Of a stretch of DNA of 32,000 nt, positions 31,368 to 32,000 are shown in pieces. The translations under genes were made by a program, and so were the position numbers. Each line of letters opens with the position of its first letter. The stretch's first letter is position 1. This DNA comes from Candidatus Saccharimonadota bacterium. Lineage in GTDB: Bacteria > Patescibacteriota > Saccharimonadia > Saccharimonadales > Saccharimonadaceae. The stretch is from the NCBI GenBank assembly GCA_023898645.1, contig CP060232.1, forward strand, positions 180,001 to 212,000, in the 5' to 3' direction. The notes under the pieces were generated by a model. It was not told the origin of the DNA. It did no database searches and was given only the letters and a program-made list of their open reading frames with translations.

Positions 31368-32000
31368 ATGCCTACTCCGCAACGCCTCCCCATAGTCAAC
31401 TCCGACGACGGTGTTTGGGGTGATATTCTTCGCCAATACCTTGCGAAGGAGCACTTCAACGACGATACCGACAATGCCATCAACGGCGGTCACCAAAAAA
31501 TCACCATCCAGCCGGGCACCGCAGCGGCAGGTACCGCTCCGCTCAAGTTCACCAGCGGTACCCTGCTCACCACTCCCGAAGCCGGAGCCATGGAGTTTGC
31601 CGGCGATAACTACTACCTTACGGACACGTCTGGCCCGACTCGCCGCAAGATTGCCGCCTACGACGACACCTCTGGTGCCACCGGCGATATCTACTACCGC
31701 AATTCGTCTGGCTACTTCACACGACTCGGCATTGGTTCTACTGGCAACGTTCTTACTGTTGCCGGAGGTATCCCATCGTGGTCTTCTTCTATTAGCAACA
31801 CGAGTACCATCACTCTCAAAGACACAAACTTCACCCTGCAAGATGACGGCGATACCACAAAGCAGCTCAAGTTTGAACTCACTGGCATCGCTACTGGCAC
31901 TACTCGAACGTGGTCATTCCCCAACGCCGACTCGGCCTTTGTTGGTACCAATACGGCGCAGACGCTGACAAATAAGACGATCCAGGCCCCGACAATCACC
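31368..32000 (+). CDS. Second giant tail-fibre-like surface protein, N-terminal 211 codons (partial, continues past window)
   Basis: This ORF is not in the supplied track because it has no stop in the window. The ATG at 31368 is preceded by AAAGGAGGG. My translation is MPTPQRLPIVNSDDGVWGDILRQYLAKEH...GGHQKITIQPGTAAAGTAPLKFTSGTLLTTPEAGAMEFAGDNYYLT...TAQTLTNKTIQAPTIT. It is collinear with, and mostly identical to, the first ~210 aa of the 5068 gene. Confidence 0.9.
   Translation, partial: MPTPQRLPIVNSDDGVWGDILRQYLAKEHFNDDTDNAINGGHQKITIQPGTAAAGTAPLKFTSGTLLTTPEAGAMEFAGDNYYLTDTSGPTRRKIAAYDDTSGATGDIYYRNSSGYFTRLGIGSTGNVLTVAGGIPSWSSSISNTSTITLKDTNFTLQDDGDTTKQLKFELTGIATGTTRTWSFPNADSAFVGTNTAQTLTNKTIQAPTIT

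Noticed and set aside
31132-31368. 78-aa ORF (MKQRTPLFYIKRTRTASLCTPVQ...) between P3 and giant-2
   Set aside because: It has no SD and an odd composition. It spans the heptad repeats and C-rich tract that are better explained as RNA structure, and its stop overlaps the giant-2 start only by coincidence of TAATG. I treat it as part of a non-coding leader, although translation cannot be excluded.
1-32000. Alternative genetic code (UGA or UAG reassignment, as in some CPR lineages)
   Set aside because: TGA, TAA and TAG all terminate well-defined genes at expected lengths: grpE and the 13230 ORF end in TGA, lepA in TAG, and tatC in TAA. Conserved proteins contain no in-frame stops. The P1/giant TAG junction is therefore flagged only as a read-through possibility, not as recoding.

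Overview
The window reads as the chromosome of a small-genome monoderm bacterium. My guess is Patescibacteria/CPR, Saccharibacteria-like, which is inference only. It rests on standard-code stops including TGA, a CIRCE/HrcA regulon, a TatA+TatC-only Tat system, membrane anchors built from a TM helix plus basic tail, and giant signal-less surface proteins. Confidently recognisable housekeeping genes are lepA, rocD, hrcA (with a near-consensus CIRCE operator), grpE, tatA and tatC. A pentein/amidinotransferase-fold gene and an adenylate-kinase-family gene are also present. Most of the window is accessory cell-surface coding. (1) An 895-aa protein carries three ConA/LamG-like repeats. (2) A 2720-aa signal-less, tail-fibre-like modular giant protein contains a 1737-bp near-perfect in-frame tandem repeat of about 2.3 copies. 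A paralogous giant gene starts at 31368 and runs off the window. (3) Two paralogous five-gene cassettes (14.7-19.5 kb and 26.0-30.8 kb) each encode the same five families of exported or anchored proteins. The layout recalls Csc/WxL surface-complex loci without their canonical motifs. This is my best candidate for an undescribed system. (4) Three paralogous ~70-aa mini-proteins carry a Tat-like R-K/R-Q motif. They sit at the edges of these loci, and tatA/tatC lie between them. I found no rRNA, tRNA, CRISPR array, transposase or integrase. All functional calls come from reading the translations by eye, and no database search was possible.
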